From: Zancudomyces culisetae HAW-14-8
Taxonomy: Eukaryota > Fungi > Kickxellomycota
Direction: 5' to 3'
DNA: 64,000 nucleotides
Assembly (NCBI GenBank): GCA_052426225.1
Contig: JBNJNM010000011.1
Location: 3,720,001 to 3,784,000, forward strand
Shown here in pieces: positions 26,401-39,607 of the stretch (position 1 is its first letter; every line of letters starts with the position of its first letter). A model generated the notes under the pieces. The model worked only from the letters and a program-made list of their open reading frames with translations. It had not been told where the DNA came from and did no database searches. Position numbers and translations under genes: made by a program.

Positions 26401-27877
26401 TCACACCGGTGCTATGCTAATTAGTATCTGTCTTTAGTCTAGCTGAAAGACAACTTTTCAAGAATATAAACCTCATCCGTTTTATTACAATGATAACAAA
26501 ACTGCATGTAATGATAGAAAAGAGTTTTCATGTTGAAATTTTTAGAAAGAACAGGTTTTCAAGATAAGCTGGAGTTCCAGGTTGTTGGGGGGGGGAGAAG
26601 AAGTAGGGAAGTGCTTTTCACCTTAAACTCTATCTCGTTTAAGGTATATGTGATAAGCCTTTGACCAATTTTATTGGTGCAAAGATTATTTTTAGTTTTG
26701 ATTTGGCCTGATTTCTTACATAATAAATACAAAGCAAAAGAACCAAAATTGTCGACAAATAGTCAATAAAAGACATATTTGGCATGATTAACAAGCGTGT
26801 AAGTCTAAAAGCTTATAAAGAGTTTTTATACGAATTTGTACAAGATAGTCAAACTTAAACCCTGACTTTAGCCGGAGGCTGTTTTTTTCTCTTTCTTACT
26901 CTTTTCCTATCACTTAGTATGAGGCTGTTGGTTATTAAAATATTCATTTCCAACTACAGCTATGATATGAAAAGTAGCTAAATATAGATTGGGTGTGGTT
27001 TTAGGCCTATAAATGAGTTGGTAAACACTTTATATTAATATTAACACCAATATTGGGTGTACGCCGATTAAGGTGGTAACAATCACAACCTAATACAAGT
27101 CCATTCATTTTCAACTCTTAATAAGGTCATGGTTGCAATTATTTTTGTGTCTTTACAGTTTGCAAACTTTGGTTTTATTATTAGGGCTGTTACAAAAAAA
27201 AAATAAGTTGAACTAATCGAGTCTGAAATAAATTCAGAGTTGCATAAAAACAAATAAAAAGTGCGGAAAAACAAAACAAATCATTCATGACAAAGTTTTG
27301 TAAATATGCTTGGAGTTTATATACCAATAATTCACAAGTATTTAAACTCGTATAATATGCTAATGTCTATAGTTACATATTTGATTAATGTACTACTACG
27401 CTTATATAAAACCATCAAAAAACAACAAAAGAGATAAGTGAATATAGCCAGTTGCTGAAAGATAAAATGTTAAATTAACAGAATAGCATAAACCCGTACT
27501 TCAGGTCGGTTTTGGTGTAGTAGTGTTCATCCCCTTTTGTTGCCAAATATGGACAAACCCTCTTTTACAGAGTTAGGTACAAAACTACTAAATTGAGGAT
27601 ATCTCTATTACAAAATAGCCAAATCGTGATTTACTTTCTTTTTCAGAGTTAAAATTCAGCTCAAAAATTACTTGGAAAGAAATACAACTTGTAAATAAAG
27701 TTATAATTCCAATTTGCCCGGAAAAAAAATAACGGTTGGTCATTGAGTTTGGTTTGGTCGTGATGCCTTATAAAACTGCCTGCGCTTTATATATTTACAC
27801 TACGAAATAATATTTTATACTCATTTTTTGTACAAGAGAATCACAAAAACACATATCAGCAACAATAGACTCAAATA

Positions 27878-29698
27878 ATGGATGAAAAAGAAGCGAGTGG
27901 TGAAAATAGGAGAAGAATTGGTAATAGACTCAAAAAAAACTTTTTCGTGCTACAGGATAGCTTAAACCTAACACCTGGAGAGCCAGAAGGAAACGTAAAA
28001 CCTAAAAGGCTCCCCAACGACACTATAATTCGCAAAAAAACAAAAAAAGAGTTACCTGTAGTTGTAGAAGTAGACGATGATCATATCTACGACCAAAAGA
28101 CAAAGGATAAACATGACCTTATTAGGAATAGCAGTGACGCCAAACAACAAAACAAAAATGTCGACGATACTCCTAAGGCGGAGCAGAGGGAAGAAGGTGT
28201 GGGTGTCTATATGACCAAAAACACTCTAGCTTTGCAAGACAGCCGCATACACACAAATGATATAAAAAACGAAGTTTATAGTGGTGACTTGTATGATTGT
28301 GGTATAGAAAAGAATACCACGGAAACGAAGCTGGATGAGGTCTGCGATACTATTGAGCCTATTGAGATTATTCCCACCAGCCATTCTAATGGGGAAGTCT
28401 CTTTTAAAAACCCAACAAACCTGGCACCACATGGTCCAGAGATAGACTCGTTTTCGAATAATACTCGCAGGACGCTAGTTAGTGACGAAAACCTCGATGC
28501 CTTAAGTAATAGCCAAAATGGAATACCCGAACAGCTAAATAGGAGATTGGGTTCTAAGGTTTCCAGTCCTAAATTATCCAAAATAGCATCACAGGATGAG
28601 TTTAAAAGAGTTCTTCGATCAAAGCAAAGTACAGATAGTATGGTTAAGCTGCGCTCTCCAGGCAGTTTACAGGTTATGTCTAAGTCACAGGTGCTGCTTC
28701 AATCGCAATCACCGCTATCACCGTTATCGACAATTCCAAATACATCTACCATCCTGGAAGCAGACAAACTTAACAAACGATTTGAAACCAATGCTCAGGT
28801 GAATTTTAAACGAATTTCACGAATATACAATCTAATTGGAGAAAAGGAAAAAAAAGATATTCTAAAGCTTCTTAGAAGGAGCTTGGAATCTATAACAATA
28901 ACGAAGCACAACAATGTTTCTTTGATAAACATGGAATCCACCTCCCAAAATAGAGATTATAAATCCTATAAATCCCATAAATCCCATAAATATAGAATCA
29001 GGCTTGGTAGCTATGGCGAGCTCGGATACAGCAAAAATGTACTAGCACTTGCAGACAATGGGAGTACGAGATACTTAAAAGAACTGGATTCTGAATCCGA
29101 ATCGCCAAGCAACCCGTTTGCTGATGATATAACATATTTCAAAGATATCTCTTCAATTGATTACGCGGGGCTATTAAAACAAACAAATGTACTTGGAAAA
29201 ACTTCATCGCGGTACATATCTACAGGAAGACCTCCTCTAAAAATAAATATGATGTATAATCCCCCAACGCCAGAAATAAAAAGTACTCAAGGTCGTTTTG
29301 CTCGATCACTTAGTGGTGGCTCTAACTTTTCAAGAACATATGGGCGATCAATAATAAGCGTAGCCAGCGATACCGATACCTTACTAAGCCCAAGAAAAGA
29401 TCTGCTAACATTCGAGGAGGAGTTTAGTATCTATAATAACAGTGAATCGGGCCATCAAGTTATGCTAGATCAAAACTCATCCTCTCTACTAATTAAAAGT
29501 GACTTTACAAACAAATACAAACGACATATACAAAATAGTTACAAAGAACGTCCACATCGGAGGAATGATGCTTCGTTCGCAAAAGCGAGCAAAGTTGAAA
29601 TCAGTCAAAGTTCCAGCAAATCAAACCCATACAGAAGGTCACCTAGCCTCAGCCCAGTTGATCCAATAAGAGCTAGGCTGCAGAAATTTAAAAAATGA
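27878..29698 (+). CDS. Hypothetical 606-aa Ser/Lys-rich, largely disordered protein (may extend to 29889)
   Basis: Long intronless ORF in AT-rich DNA; no recognisable domain. Confidence 0.7.
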   Translation: MDEKEASGENRRRIGNRLKKNFFVLQDSLNLTPGEPEGNVKPKRLPNDTIIRKKTKKELPVVVEVDDDHIYDQKTKDKHDLIRNSSDAKQQNKNVDDTPKAEQREEGVGVYMTKNTLALQDSRIHTNDIKNEVYSGDLYDCGIEKNTTETKLDEVCDTIEPIEIIPTSHSNGEVSFKNPTNLAPHGPEIDSFSNNTRRTLVSDENLDALSNSQNGIPEQLNRRLGSKVSSPKLSKIASQDEFKRVLRSKQSTDSMVKLRSPGSLQVMSKSQVLLQSQSPLSPLSTIPNTSTILEADKLNKRFETNAQVNFKRISRIYNLIGEKEKKDILKLLRRSLESITITKHNNVSLINMESTSQNRDYKSYKSHKSHKYRIRLGSYGELGYSKNVLALADNGSTRYLKELDSESESPSNPFADDITYFKDISSIDYAGLLKQTNVLGKTSSRYISTGRPPLKINMMYNPPTPEIKSTQGRFARSLSGGSNFSRTYGRSIISVASDTDTLLSPRKDLLTFEEEFSIYNNSESGHQVMLDQNSSSLLIKSDFTNKYKRHIQNSYKERPHRRNDASFAKASKVEISQSSSKSNPYRRSPSLSPVDPIRARLQKFKK

Positions 29699-30193
29699 GA
29701 CAGAGACCATTTAGAAGAGCTAGTGAACCTCTAAAGCTGAACATATTCTTTATCCATTCAGGCTTTCCCCTGTCTCTGCCATCTATTATTTTTGAAACTC
29801 GAACCCTCCCCCCCCCCTTTATCTACGCAATCGAAGCTGTTCAGACTTATACCATTCCCCGGTCTGATTTTACCTTCTTACGCTTATAACGACTATAATA
29901 ATATTCCACGATTTCAGACTTTTTCCTAGTGTATTTTGATAATAATCACGCGGTTTTAACGCTTAGAAAATAAACCACTAGCGTGTCACAGTAAGCTATA
30001 ATTGAAATACAAAATAATATGCTAGATAAGGGAAGCAGGGAGAAGTAAATGGCACGAAGCCCCAAGTTCCATGAAGGGTCTCGTATGAATACCTGTTTAT
30101 TTATAAACCTTCGTTTTATAAAACCCATATTTTCGATCCTGTTGAGAATATTAACATAATAGTTGATTTGGTGATAGGTAGTAGGTATAAAGC

Positions 30194-30915
30194 CTACTTC
30201 CGTCTCCAAACAGCAATCGCACAAGGAGCTTTCCTGTTTGGCTCTTCTCTAGGGTTTCTGTCAATGTATACCAGTTCAAAATTTGTATCCAAAACTCTGT
30301 GGTACTCCTCCTCAGAAACAGTGTATGGAGGAGGCGTAGAAGTGTGTTGTTTTAGTGGAAACATCAATGTAATCAGATTTCCCCCTGCCTCAATTATCTC
30401 TGCATACCGTGCACCCCACTTTTCACGCATGTCGGGATGGATTGCGCAGAAAAACGTGTAATCATATGCTAGCATAAATTTTTCACCGCCCAGACTAAAG
30501 TTGAAAAAGTCACCTACTAAAAATCTAGCCGAATCCTGTGCCACTTTTTGCTCGTCCCTGAGCTTATTGCCCGCATCTACAGCTATTGAGCTTAGGTCAA
30601 GCCCAGTCATTTTGAAACCATTTTTGGCCAAGTATACAACATCATATCCCTAAAATATTTTTGTGTGATGCATTACTGTAGCGTTTTGATTAGCATTTGG
30701 GACCAGTACTTAAATAAAATAAAACATATGGTGGAAAATGCACTTACACTCCCACAGCCTGGAACTATACCTCTGCCTCTAGGCAAATTAACCTTGTCAG
30801 TCTTTTCTTCGACTAGTTCCTCTAAAGCGGCGTTCACATGTCCAAGGTCCCAGCCTGTATTTCCGGTTTCCCATCTGTCCTTCCAATCAACTGAGGATAT
30901 AGTACTTTCGGCCAT
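30194..30915 (-). CDS. SAM-dependent thiopurine/thiol/halide methyltransferase (TPMT/HOL1-like); intron 30650-30747
   Basis: WKDRWETGNTGWDLG, IVPGCGS-GYDV, YDYTFFCAIHP..R.KW, GNLITLMFP, PPYTV. Confidence 0.88.
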
Positions 30916-31642
30916 TTTGATTAGTATTTGTTGTAATGTCTTTGAGTTTTTCTTGTTAAGTATATAGTAACTATTTTGTCTTTGGTTTGGCTGGAGTGGA
31001 GTATTTAAAGCATGCTAGTAAAATATGCCCATCTATAAAGAAAAGGCCCTCCACCCTCTCTGCTATCATCTGGATTGGAATGTTATTCGTGGAGCATTGA
31101 GCTGCTGCCAAATTAATTTCCCCCAAACCCCAAACAAAATTATTGGACTCTTAAACAAGTCAGATGTTCAGACTGTAGTTGGTTTTTTTTTAGATTGGCA
31201 ATATATAGCGGTATCTGAAACACTATTTTTGGGGCTTGTGAAATTGTCATAAAATGCGATTAGTAATCTGACCTTTGCATATCCGGGAAAAAGTGGATTC
31301 GTTTTAGATACACTGCAAAGTCACATGGTAGAAAAATAGTGAGATCAAAGTACGACCAATAACAAGTAAAGTGGGTGGGAATACCATTCTACTATATACA
31401 CCTGTCTACAAATACTCTGAGTGATGGGCGGTTTGGTTTATAGCTAGGAGGTTGGAAATAAGATAATAAATAGTCTTTGTCTCCAGCTTCACTCGCACTG
31501 ATTTCTTGACTTGCACACATTGTTAAAGCAGCCGCTCTTGGACTTTCTTACTAGCACCATTAAAGCTCATATAGGTATCAGAAAGGACATACTCTGGCTA
31601 TATTGTCAAAAAGCTAAGATTTTGTCAGATGAGGATGTTTTT

Positions 31643-32194
31643 TTAATCAGATAAAAGGGTGCTTGTATTGTGTTTAATGTTGGTTAAAGTAAAGTTTGCA
31701 ACAATAAAATCTATGATTTGCTTCTTTGTCTTATGTCCACATGGAACAGTAAGACAGTTTTCCGACAGATCGGGTTCTTCCAGCACCAACAGCTGGTCCT
31801 CAAGAAGAGCAGCGTTAAAAAAGTGGTTTTTTCTTTGATCTAATCGCTGTTTCAACTGATCTTTGCTACATTTCAAATAAATAAAGCTAACTCTATTTTG
31901 ACCAAGTGCGAGTATTTCTCGATACGATTTTCTAAGTGCAGAGCACGAAATAAACACGTTTGGTTCACTAACTGATTCGATAGCCTTGTTGATTCTCAGA
32001 AGCCAGGGTATTCTATCCTCGTCAGTTAGCCCAATTCCCCGTTTCATTTTAGATATATTATCCTCTCCATGAAAATCATCGCCTTCAATGAAAATAGAGT
32101 TCTCAGTTTTTTCACTTAGCGATCTACATACAGTAGATTTCCCACTCCCACTAACACCCATCACAATTATTATAGTTTTAATACTCATTTCCAT
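31643..32194 (-). CDS. Gluconokinase (GntK/IdnK family)
   Basis: MGVSGSGKST P-loop, EGDDFH..NISKMKRGIGLTDEDRIPWL, CSALRKSYR, RKNHFF..LLEDQL..LEEP. Confidence 0.92.
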   Translation of the reverse strand: MEMSIKTIIIVMGVSGSGKSTVCRSLSEKTENSIFIEGDDFHGEDNISKMKRGIGLTDEDRIPWLLRINKAIESVSEPNVFISCSALRKSYREILALGQNRVSFIYLKCSKDQLKQRLDQRKNHFFNAALLEDQLLVLEEPDLSENCLTVPCGHKTKKQIIDFIVANFTLTNIKHNTSTLLSD

Positions 32195-33343
32195 TCAGAT
32201 ATAATAATGTCTTTATATCCGTTTGTTTTTATTTTCTCGCCAACGCAAATTAGATTGCACGATTCTGTAGCCTTTTCTGTCTTGTGAATATTTAAGCTGT
32301 ATTTTAAAAAGAATGTATACTGGTTACTTCCCCTCCCCTTCTCTAGTTTTCCGCCAAAGGGTCATTGTGGTAAAAATTAGGTGTATTGTTATTTCTAATT
32401 TTTTTTCCTATAGCTTTGGTATTTAGAAATTAAAAGGGATGCTTCAAATCAAAATACTAATTTGCAAAACAAAGGGTTGTAATAGGTTCTTTAACTTTAG
32501 AAGTTGCTGACCAAGTTATATTTTGTAGGGGTATACGTGTATAAAGGTGTTGTATAGGCGGTTTGTTAAGCCGGCTAGCACAAGAGTTTAGCCAAGGCAT
32601 TTTTTTAATAATATTTCATGTAGTTTGCCCTAAATAAAACTTAAATGTAGTGCTGGGCCCCCTCTTGTATGGAAGCCAACTGTGTTTAGGCATTAGGTAT
32701 CGTTTATTTTCTTTAAAATCTTTTAACAAGGCTAACATACATACACATACACAAATACACATAAATCGGAAAATTAATTGGTGCTATTTCTTAGTTTTAA
32801 AATAGGTTAGGTCCTAACATTTTTGTTTATGTGTATACATGAATAAACATATATACATGTTTATTTTTCCATATTTCCATATTTCAATACTTTTTTATGG
32901 TTTTTGGTAATCATGATTTGTTCCGTGGTTTTTGCATCCAGCTTTTTTATTTGCACACCACCTCCCGTAGATAGCTGAAATCGATTTTTATTGTCCCATT
33001 TTTGAAGTTTATTCGGAGCATTAAACTGAACCAAATAAAATGTTTTCCTAAAATAGGAGAAATAGTCTGTTTGAAAAAAATGCAATATTAAATTAATCAA
33101 AAGACAATTGGCCAGAAAATCAGCAACAAAATTAAGTACATTGTTTTTACGAAGTTTCCTTTATTGTCCGCTCTTTGTTGTGTGGATAACTTTAAACTAA
33201 TAAAATTAAAAAAACAGGTACTATATCATAAGGATATCTCACTTTGTATTACAACCAACAAGATACAAATTTCCTAAATATACTCTAACAGGGGCACAAA
33301 AAACAGCGATAAAATCATATTACACACGTGTGAAGGTCGAAAA

Positions 33344-34627
<1,284 letters not shown>

Positions 34628-34872
34628 ATGAGCTCCTAATTAATACCACTTTTTTCTTTTAGATTGAGACTTTGCTTTTGTTAAGAAGAGAGTGAAGAAC
34701 TTCATGCTATTGTTTTGTGTTGGCGCAACCTACTTGCCTTTCTGTTTGCTTTTTTTCTCTTAGTACTATGCTTTAACCACTAAATCACAAACTATCACAG
34801 AAAAAGGAAAAAATTAATCGTTATGAGATATTTATAAATAAAGAGGGGAGTATTGTTAAAAAAACGCATGGT

Positions 34873-37563
34873 TTATATCAAGCCAAATCTAAAGCACAAG
34901 TAACTGAGAAATATCGCAAAAGCTGAAATGGAAAATACAATAGAGACAAACCAAAACAGCGAATCGGTATCTTGGCCAGGAACCTTTACGTTCATTCCCC
35001 ATAAACCAGTCACTAAATTCAGGGGAATAAGAACGGAAGCCATAATAGACAGTTTGGCAACTACATCGTTTGTTCTGTTTGACGTTTCTGTCAGTTCTAT
35101 AGATATTTTTGCCAAGTAGTTTGAATATGCCCTTGACAGCACAGCTTCCAGCTGCGTAGCATTTTGTGATATAGTTACAACGTGATCTAAAATATCAAAC
35201 AAATGCAGGTTTAGGTCATGCGACTTGTCGGAAGCGCTGCTACCGACTCCATTATGGCTTTGCTGTTGCGGTGTGTGTTGTTGCTGTGTGTGTTGTTGCT
35301 GTTGCTGTTGTTGCTGTTGTTGCTGTTGTTGCTGTTGTTGCTGCTGTTGTTGCTGTACCGCATAGTCACCATTGTTGCCGTTCGGCTCTAGGCTTTGGGA
35401 ATAAGTAAAAGTACCTTCTACAGCCTCCTGTCCAGGCGTGGTGGCGAGGACATGCGTTGATGTGACTGTCGGCGAGGTAAAAGCCACACAATTTCCTTGG
35501 TGGAGAATATGAGAATTGGAGGGGACCGGACCTCCTGCCGCCGATATGTTGCCTATGGTAGTACTTGAAGTGCCTGTGGGACCAAACTTCTTTATCAATG
35601 TCCTTACAACATCGGCTTTTCCTTGCAATAGTCGCAATAAACACATTAGCCGTTTTCTAACACAACCAATGCGCAAAAGCATATCAGATTGCTCTGAAGA
35701 TGTCAATATCAACACCAGTTCGTCAATAGTTTCAACCTCCAACTCCATGTTACGGATTACTGGAACAATTTGATCTGTGATGTCATCCATGATTGCGTAG
35801 TTGATCCAGTCAGAATTAACTTTGGTGTATTTCATGAGCCTCATTATCCACCTTAACACATGGTTCTGGCGGCATGTAGGCCTTGAATGAAACGAAAGAA
35901 CTCCATGCTCAGTTACTACCATATACGTGTTTGTAGGAACTAAATATTGATCACTTTCTGGATTAAAATCAAAAGAATAAAGACACACAAAATAATATCC
36001 CTTGTGAATCTCACACTTCTCACGTGAATCGTCGTCGATTATATCTTCGCTGGTAAGTGGGTGCAGATGAAATGTTTTTGAAAGAATGCTTACTTCTAAC
36101 GGCGTAGGTGCTAGAATGTCAAACCAAAAAAACGAATCCATTTCCTTTGTCAGGTTCAATAATTCTGCAAGCGAGTATGACATCGTTCTGAGGTCTTGCA
36201 GTCTGTTGGCCCGCAATGTCCCCACACATGGACTATAGAGCATTAATCTTTGTTGTTGCTGTTGTTCTCGTTGTCGTTGGCGGTTAACCGAACTTTTACC
36301 ACCATTATTACTTATTTGTTGAGTCAAGTTGGTATAGCTTCCATCATTTCTGCTTCCTCCACCTGTTAGCATTGACGCTGGAATCGCCCCTAAACTTTTG
36401 TGGTGTCTAGTATCTCCTCCCAACAAAGGTGTTTCCATGTTAATGACATGATTCAAACGCTCTACTAGCCCCAGAGATTGTCTAGCTGTACTCTTCCGCA
36501 TTCCAGAACTAAAAGAGTCTTTATCATCGCTATCTACCGTAATTTTACTCTCACTAGGCCCTTTATTTACATCTTTGCCATTATTGTACAAGCGATCTGC
36601 TAAAGATTTATCACTACCATCAGCTACACGATCATCCCCGTAATCCGTATCAGTATCAGTATCAGACCCTGTAAATGAGTCATCGTCCGACAAAGAATCC
36701 GAGGTTACACTGCTACTGTAAGCGCATTCTTCAGGTACTATACCATCTTTTATATATTTATCCAATGCTTCTAAGTTGGCCCATGGTGTTTCCCGGTCAT
36801 CTTTGTTTTTTCTTAATTTTTTAAAACCTTTAGTTTTGGCTTCCTTTTTAATTTTTTGTATCATGTTGCTACATATACCATATCCCATATTGCGTTCCCG
36901 TTCCTTTTTCTTTCCTCCTCTATTTTCCACAACGCATACTCTGTCTTCACCAAGTACATATCCCTCCAAAGGATTTTCATCCCGTGATCGCGGTGAAGGC
37001 GCTTCTTTGTGATTTTTTGGTACGCTTGCGTCGTTAATTTTAAGTGTTGAAGGTAAGTATTCAGATGGGTTCGTTTTGGGTAATATTTGAGCAAGTTCTG
37101 GATCCTCATATGTAGTTTCAGTGTTCAGTGAATATCCTCTGAGTGGAAATTTGGGATGTAGCTCAGTTCTTTTTTTTTTTGCTGATGCCAATGGATTAGT
37201 ACCAAAAACTCCACCTCCTGTGACACTTCCCTTTCTAAGCTCAAACTCTTGAAATATTGAACCTCTTTCAGTAAAAGATCTAGCCCTGTTTACTCCGCTT
37301 TGAACGAATCTTGGAGTTTGCTGATCCTTGATGTTTACAGGAGCCACGAATCTGTCAAAAGATCTCGAATGTTTATGATTTCTGTCATTTCCATCGCCTT
37401 CCTTACTTTTGTTGTTATATATTATGCTCTTGGGTTTGGTCACATCTGATTCGGAAAAGGAAGTATCTTTATTTCCATTTAAACTTACGTCTGAGCTGCG
37501 CTTACTTGACGACGCTTGTGCGCTTTCCATGTTAGCTTTTTTTCCTTCCTCTCGTTCGTTCAT
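34873..37563 (-). CDS. CorA-family Mg2+ transporter (Alr1/Mnr2-like) with long N-terminal extension and polyQ insert
   Basis: FWFDILAPT, FHLHPLTSEDI..REKCE, WINYAIMDDITD, LVTGLWGMNVKVPG and two C-terminal TM helices. Confidence 0.92.
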   Translation of the reverse strand: MNEREEGKKANMESAQASSSKRSSDVSLNGNKDTSFSESDVTKPKSIIYNNKSKEGDGNDRNHKHSRSFDRFVAPVNIKDQQTPRFVQSGVNRARSFTERGSIFQEFELRKGSVTGGGVFGTNPLASAKKKRTELHPKFPLRGYSLNTETTYEDPELAQILPKTNPSEYLPSTLKINDASVPKNHKEAPSPRSRDENPLEGYVLGEDRVCVVENRGGKKKERERNMGYGICSNMIQKIKKEAKTKGFKKLRKNKDDRETPWANLEALDKYIKDGIVPEECAYSSSVTSDSLSDDDSFTGSDTDTDTDYGDDRVADGSDKSLADRLYNNGKDVNKGPSESKITVDSDDKDSFSSGMRKSTARQSLGLVERLNHVINMETPLLGGDTRHHKSLGAIPASMLTGGGSRNDGSYTNLTQQISNNGGKSSVNRQRQREQQQQQRLMLYSPCVGTLRANRLQDLRTMSYSLAELLNLTKEMDSFFWFDILAPTPLEVSILSKTFHLHPLTSEDIIDDDSREKCEIHKGYYFVCLYSFDFNPESDQYLVPTNTYMVVTEHGVLSFHSRPTCRQNHVLRWIMRLMKYTKVNSDWINYAIMDDITDQIVPVIRNMELEVETIDELVLILTSSEQSDMLLRIGCVRKRLMCLLRLLQGKADVVRTLIKKFGPTGTSSTTIGNISAAGGPVPSNSHILHQGNCVAFTSPTVTSTHVLATTPGQEAVEGTFTYSQSLEPNGNNGDYAVQQQQQQQQQQQQQQQQQQQQQHTQQQHTPQQQSHNGVGSSASDKSHDLNLHLFDILDHVVTISQNATQLEAVLSRAYSNYLAKISIELTETSNRTNDVVAKLSIMASVLIPLNLVTGLWGMNVKVPGQDTDSLFWFVSIVFSISAFAIFLSYLCFRFGLI
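35260..35356 (-). repeat. Coding CAA/CAG polyglutamine tract in the CorA gene
   Basis: Run of more than 20 Gln followed by HTQQQHTPQQQ. Confidence 0.92.
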
Positions 37564-39607
37564 ATCCGTATTACTTTTTATTCGATTTTAATTAAATGTT
37601 CCAAGGCTTGGGATCTCGAGCAAAAGTATCTAATAATGTTTATTTAACTAAAGCGGTTAGCTTTGTCGTACATCAAGATAAAAGCTATCAAATTGTTAAG
37701 TATCCGTCTTTATATAGTATTCTGGTACAAGGTTTCAGTATGCATCTATCCAAAAAGTTGGGTAATGTTTCCTCTGCGGCTTTGTTGTAACTTTACAAGT
37801 TGCTTGCATCCATCAAAATACACAAGGGCACTTTATCTCTCAATATGTCAATTTTTTTTCAACCTGTAGTTGCCAAAAAAAAAAACACATGCAATGGCAT
37901 TGGCTATGCTCTACAAGGACCTTACAGTGGAAATGTTATTGCTCTGTTTCCAGTTAAAATAAATAAAGGTTCCAGAAATTTGTGACCATTAATGTGGTGA
38001 ATGGAATAGAGCCATTGGTTGCTCATGAAAAAGCGGCAAACCAACACACACTTGTAATGCGAGCCTAAAGTCTTCAGACAAACAAACGACGCCTATACAA
38101 ATGTGATATTATGTGCATGTGTAATCTGTTTGCGGAGGTTATACGATTTTACTTTTGTAGAGGTAAAAAGGAGGAACCACGCTTTTTTTAAAAAGAGGTT
38201 TAAGTGCTGGAATTTTTACTGGTTTGATACAAGTGCACTTCTGTTATTTTGTGTCTATACGCACCACCGTATTGATCCCTGATTCTCATCTTACATGTCT
38301 ACTAGCTAGGCGGGTTTTATTTTAAAACAAAAACTAAAGAAATATACTTGTTCCATTAAAAATAATATGTTGTAGTAGATGATAAGATATAGTTGCATTT
38401 TTACTGGAGTGTGTTAATTAAAATTGATCTCTCCATGCTTAATTAAGCATAAATCCTTTACTGATAGATAATTCCTTGTTGTATATTCATAAATGTGTTT
38501 GTGCTTAATAAACTTTAAAAGTGAGACCTATTTCACCTATCTATATTGACGATCAACAAAGGAAAAGAGTATGTTTAAATCAGTTTCGAGCTAGGTTAAA
38601 GGGGTTAGTATGTGCAGGATACTTAAATACTCTATGGAGGGGTTGCGCCAGCAAGTAAATAGTTGTAATTGTGTGTCTAAGGATCTATTAAGTATACAAA
38701 ATACTGATTAAAAATAAACCTTTTTTTGGGTATTAAGAGGAGTGTAATAGCACAGAGCGAATGTACAAATTAACAGCTAGGACATGGCAAGAAAATGTAT
38801 TCTATATTTGCTACTGGAGCTAACATGGTTTTTATCCGCTTTTTCCCTAGTGGTCGATATTTCAGAGTGTTTAAGCAACTCATTTTTGTGTTGCTAGAGA
38901 CCGAGTGTTGTTATGCGCCACAAACTCGGTAACTTTTTTGATTTATACTGTATATATGCACATATATGTGTATGCATCTTTGTGCCAGATAGGATGCTAG
39001 GATGTAATATGCCTTTTAGCATTCAACTGCCAATACGTATAGCTTCAATGACGTATTTGCTGACCTTTCAAAATTGGATATCTTGTGACAACAATAGCTG
39101 AGGCAACTGTCTGCTATTTTAACCCAGCTTCCTGTTATTACTGAAACCGTCTATCCAGTAAATATGTTTGTGTATAAATTTCAATAATATAATTGGAGAG
39201 CTGTACCAACTTGCTCCGACTTCTAAAAAAATTATAAACATAAATAATAACGTGGAACTGAAGAGTTGTGATTTGTTGACCTATTTAATTATCTCTTTTT
39301 GAGATGCCGAATCCCTTGACAGGCAATATTTGGAAGAAATAATCCAACTAAAAAAATTTTGGCACACAAACAAGAGAAAAAAGTTACCGATTTAAGTATT
39401 AATGTTTTTCCATAACTTGAAAGTAACGTGTTTGGATCAATAATGCAGAAGGCTAAAGTTAGATAACATTATCAAAAAGTCAAGAGTAGAGTTAAGAATT
39501 TGCGACAGGATTGAAAATAAATGACACGGAACCTTTAAGGTGAAGTATGCGGGAACTCAGCATTTGTTCCTAGATTTAACGTTAATGTTGAAAAGAAATA
39601 AGGCACA

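Noticed and set aside
29696-29698. TGA as possible selenocysteine codon (Sec use is known in some early-diverging fungi)
   Set aside because: No redox-motif context, read-through adds only 11 aa, and no SECIS recognised; no in-frame TGA was needed in any reconstructed gene.
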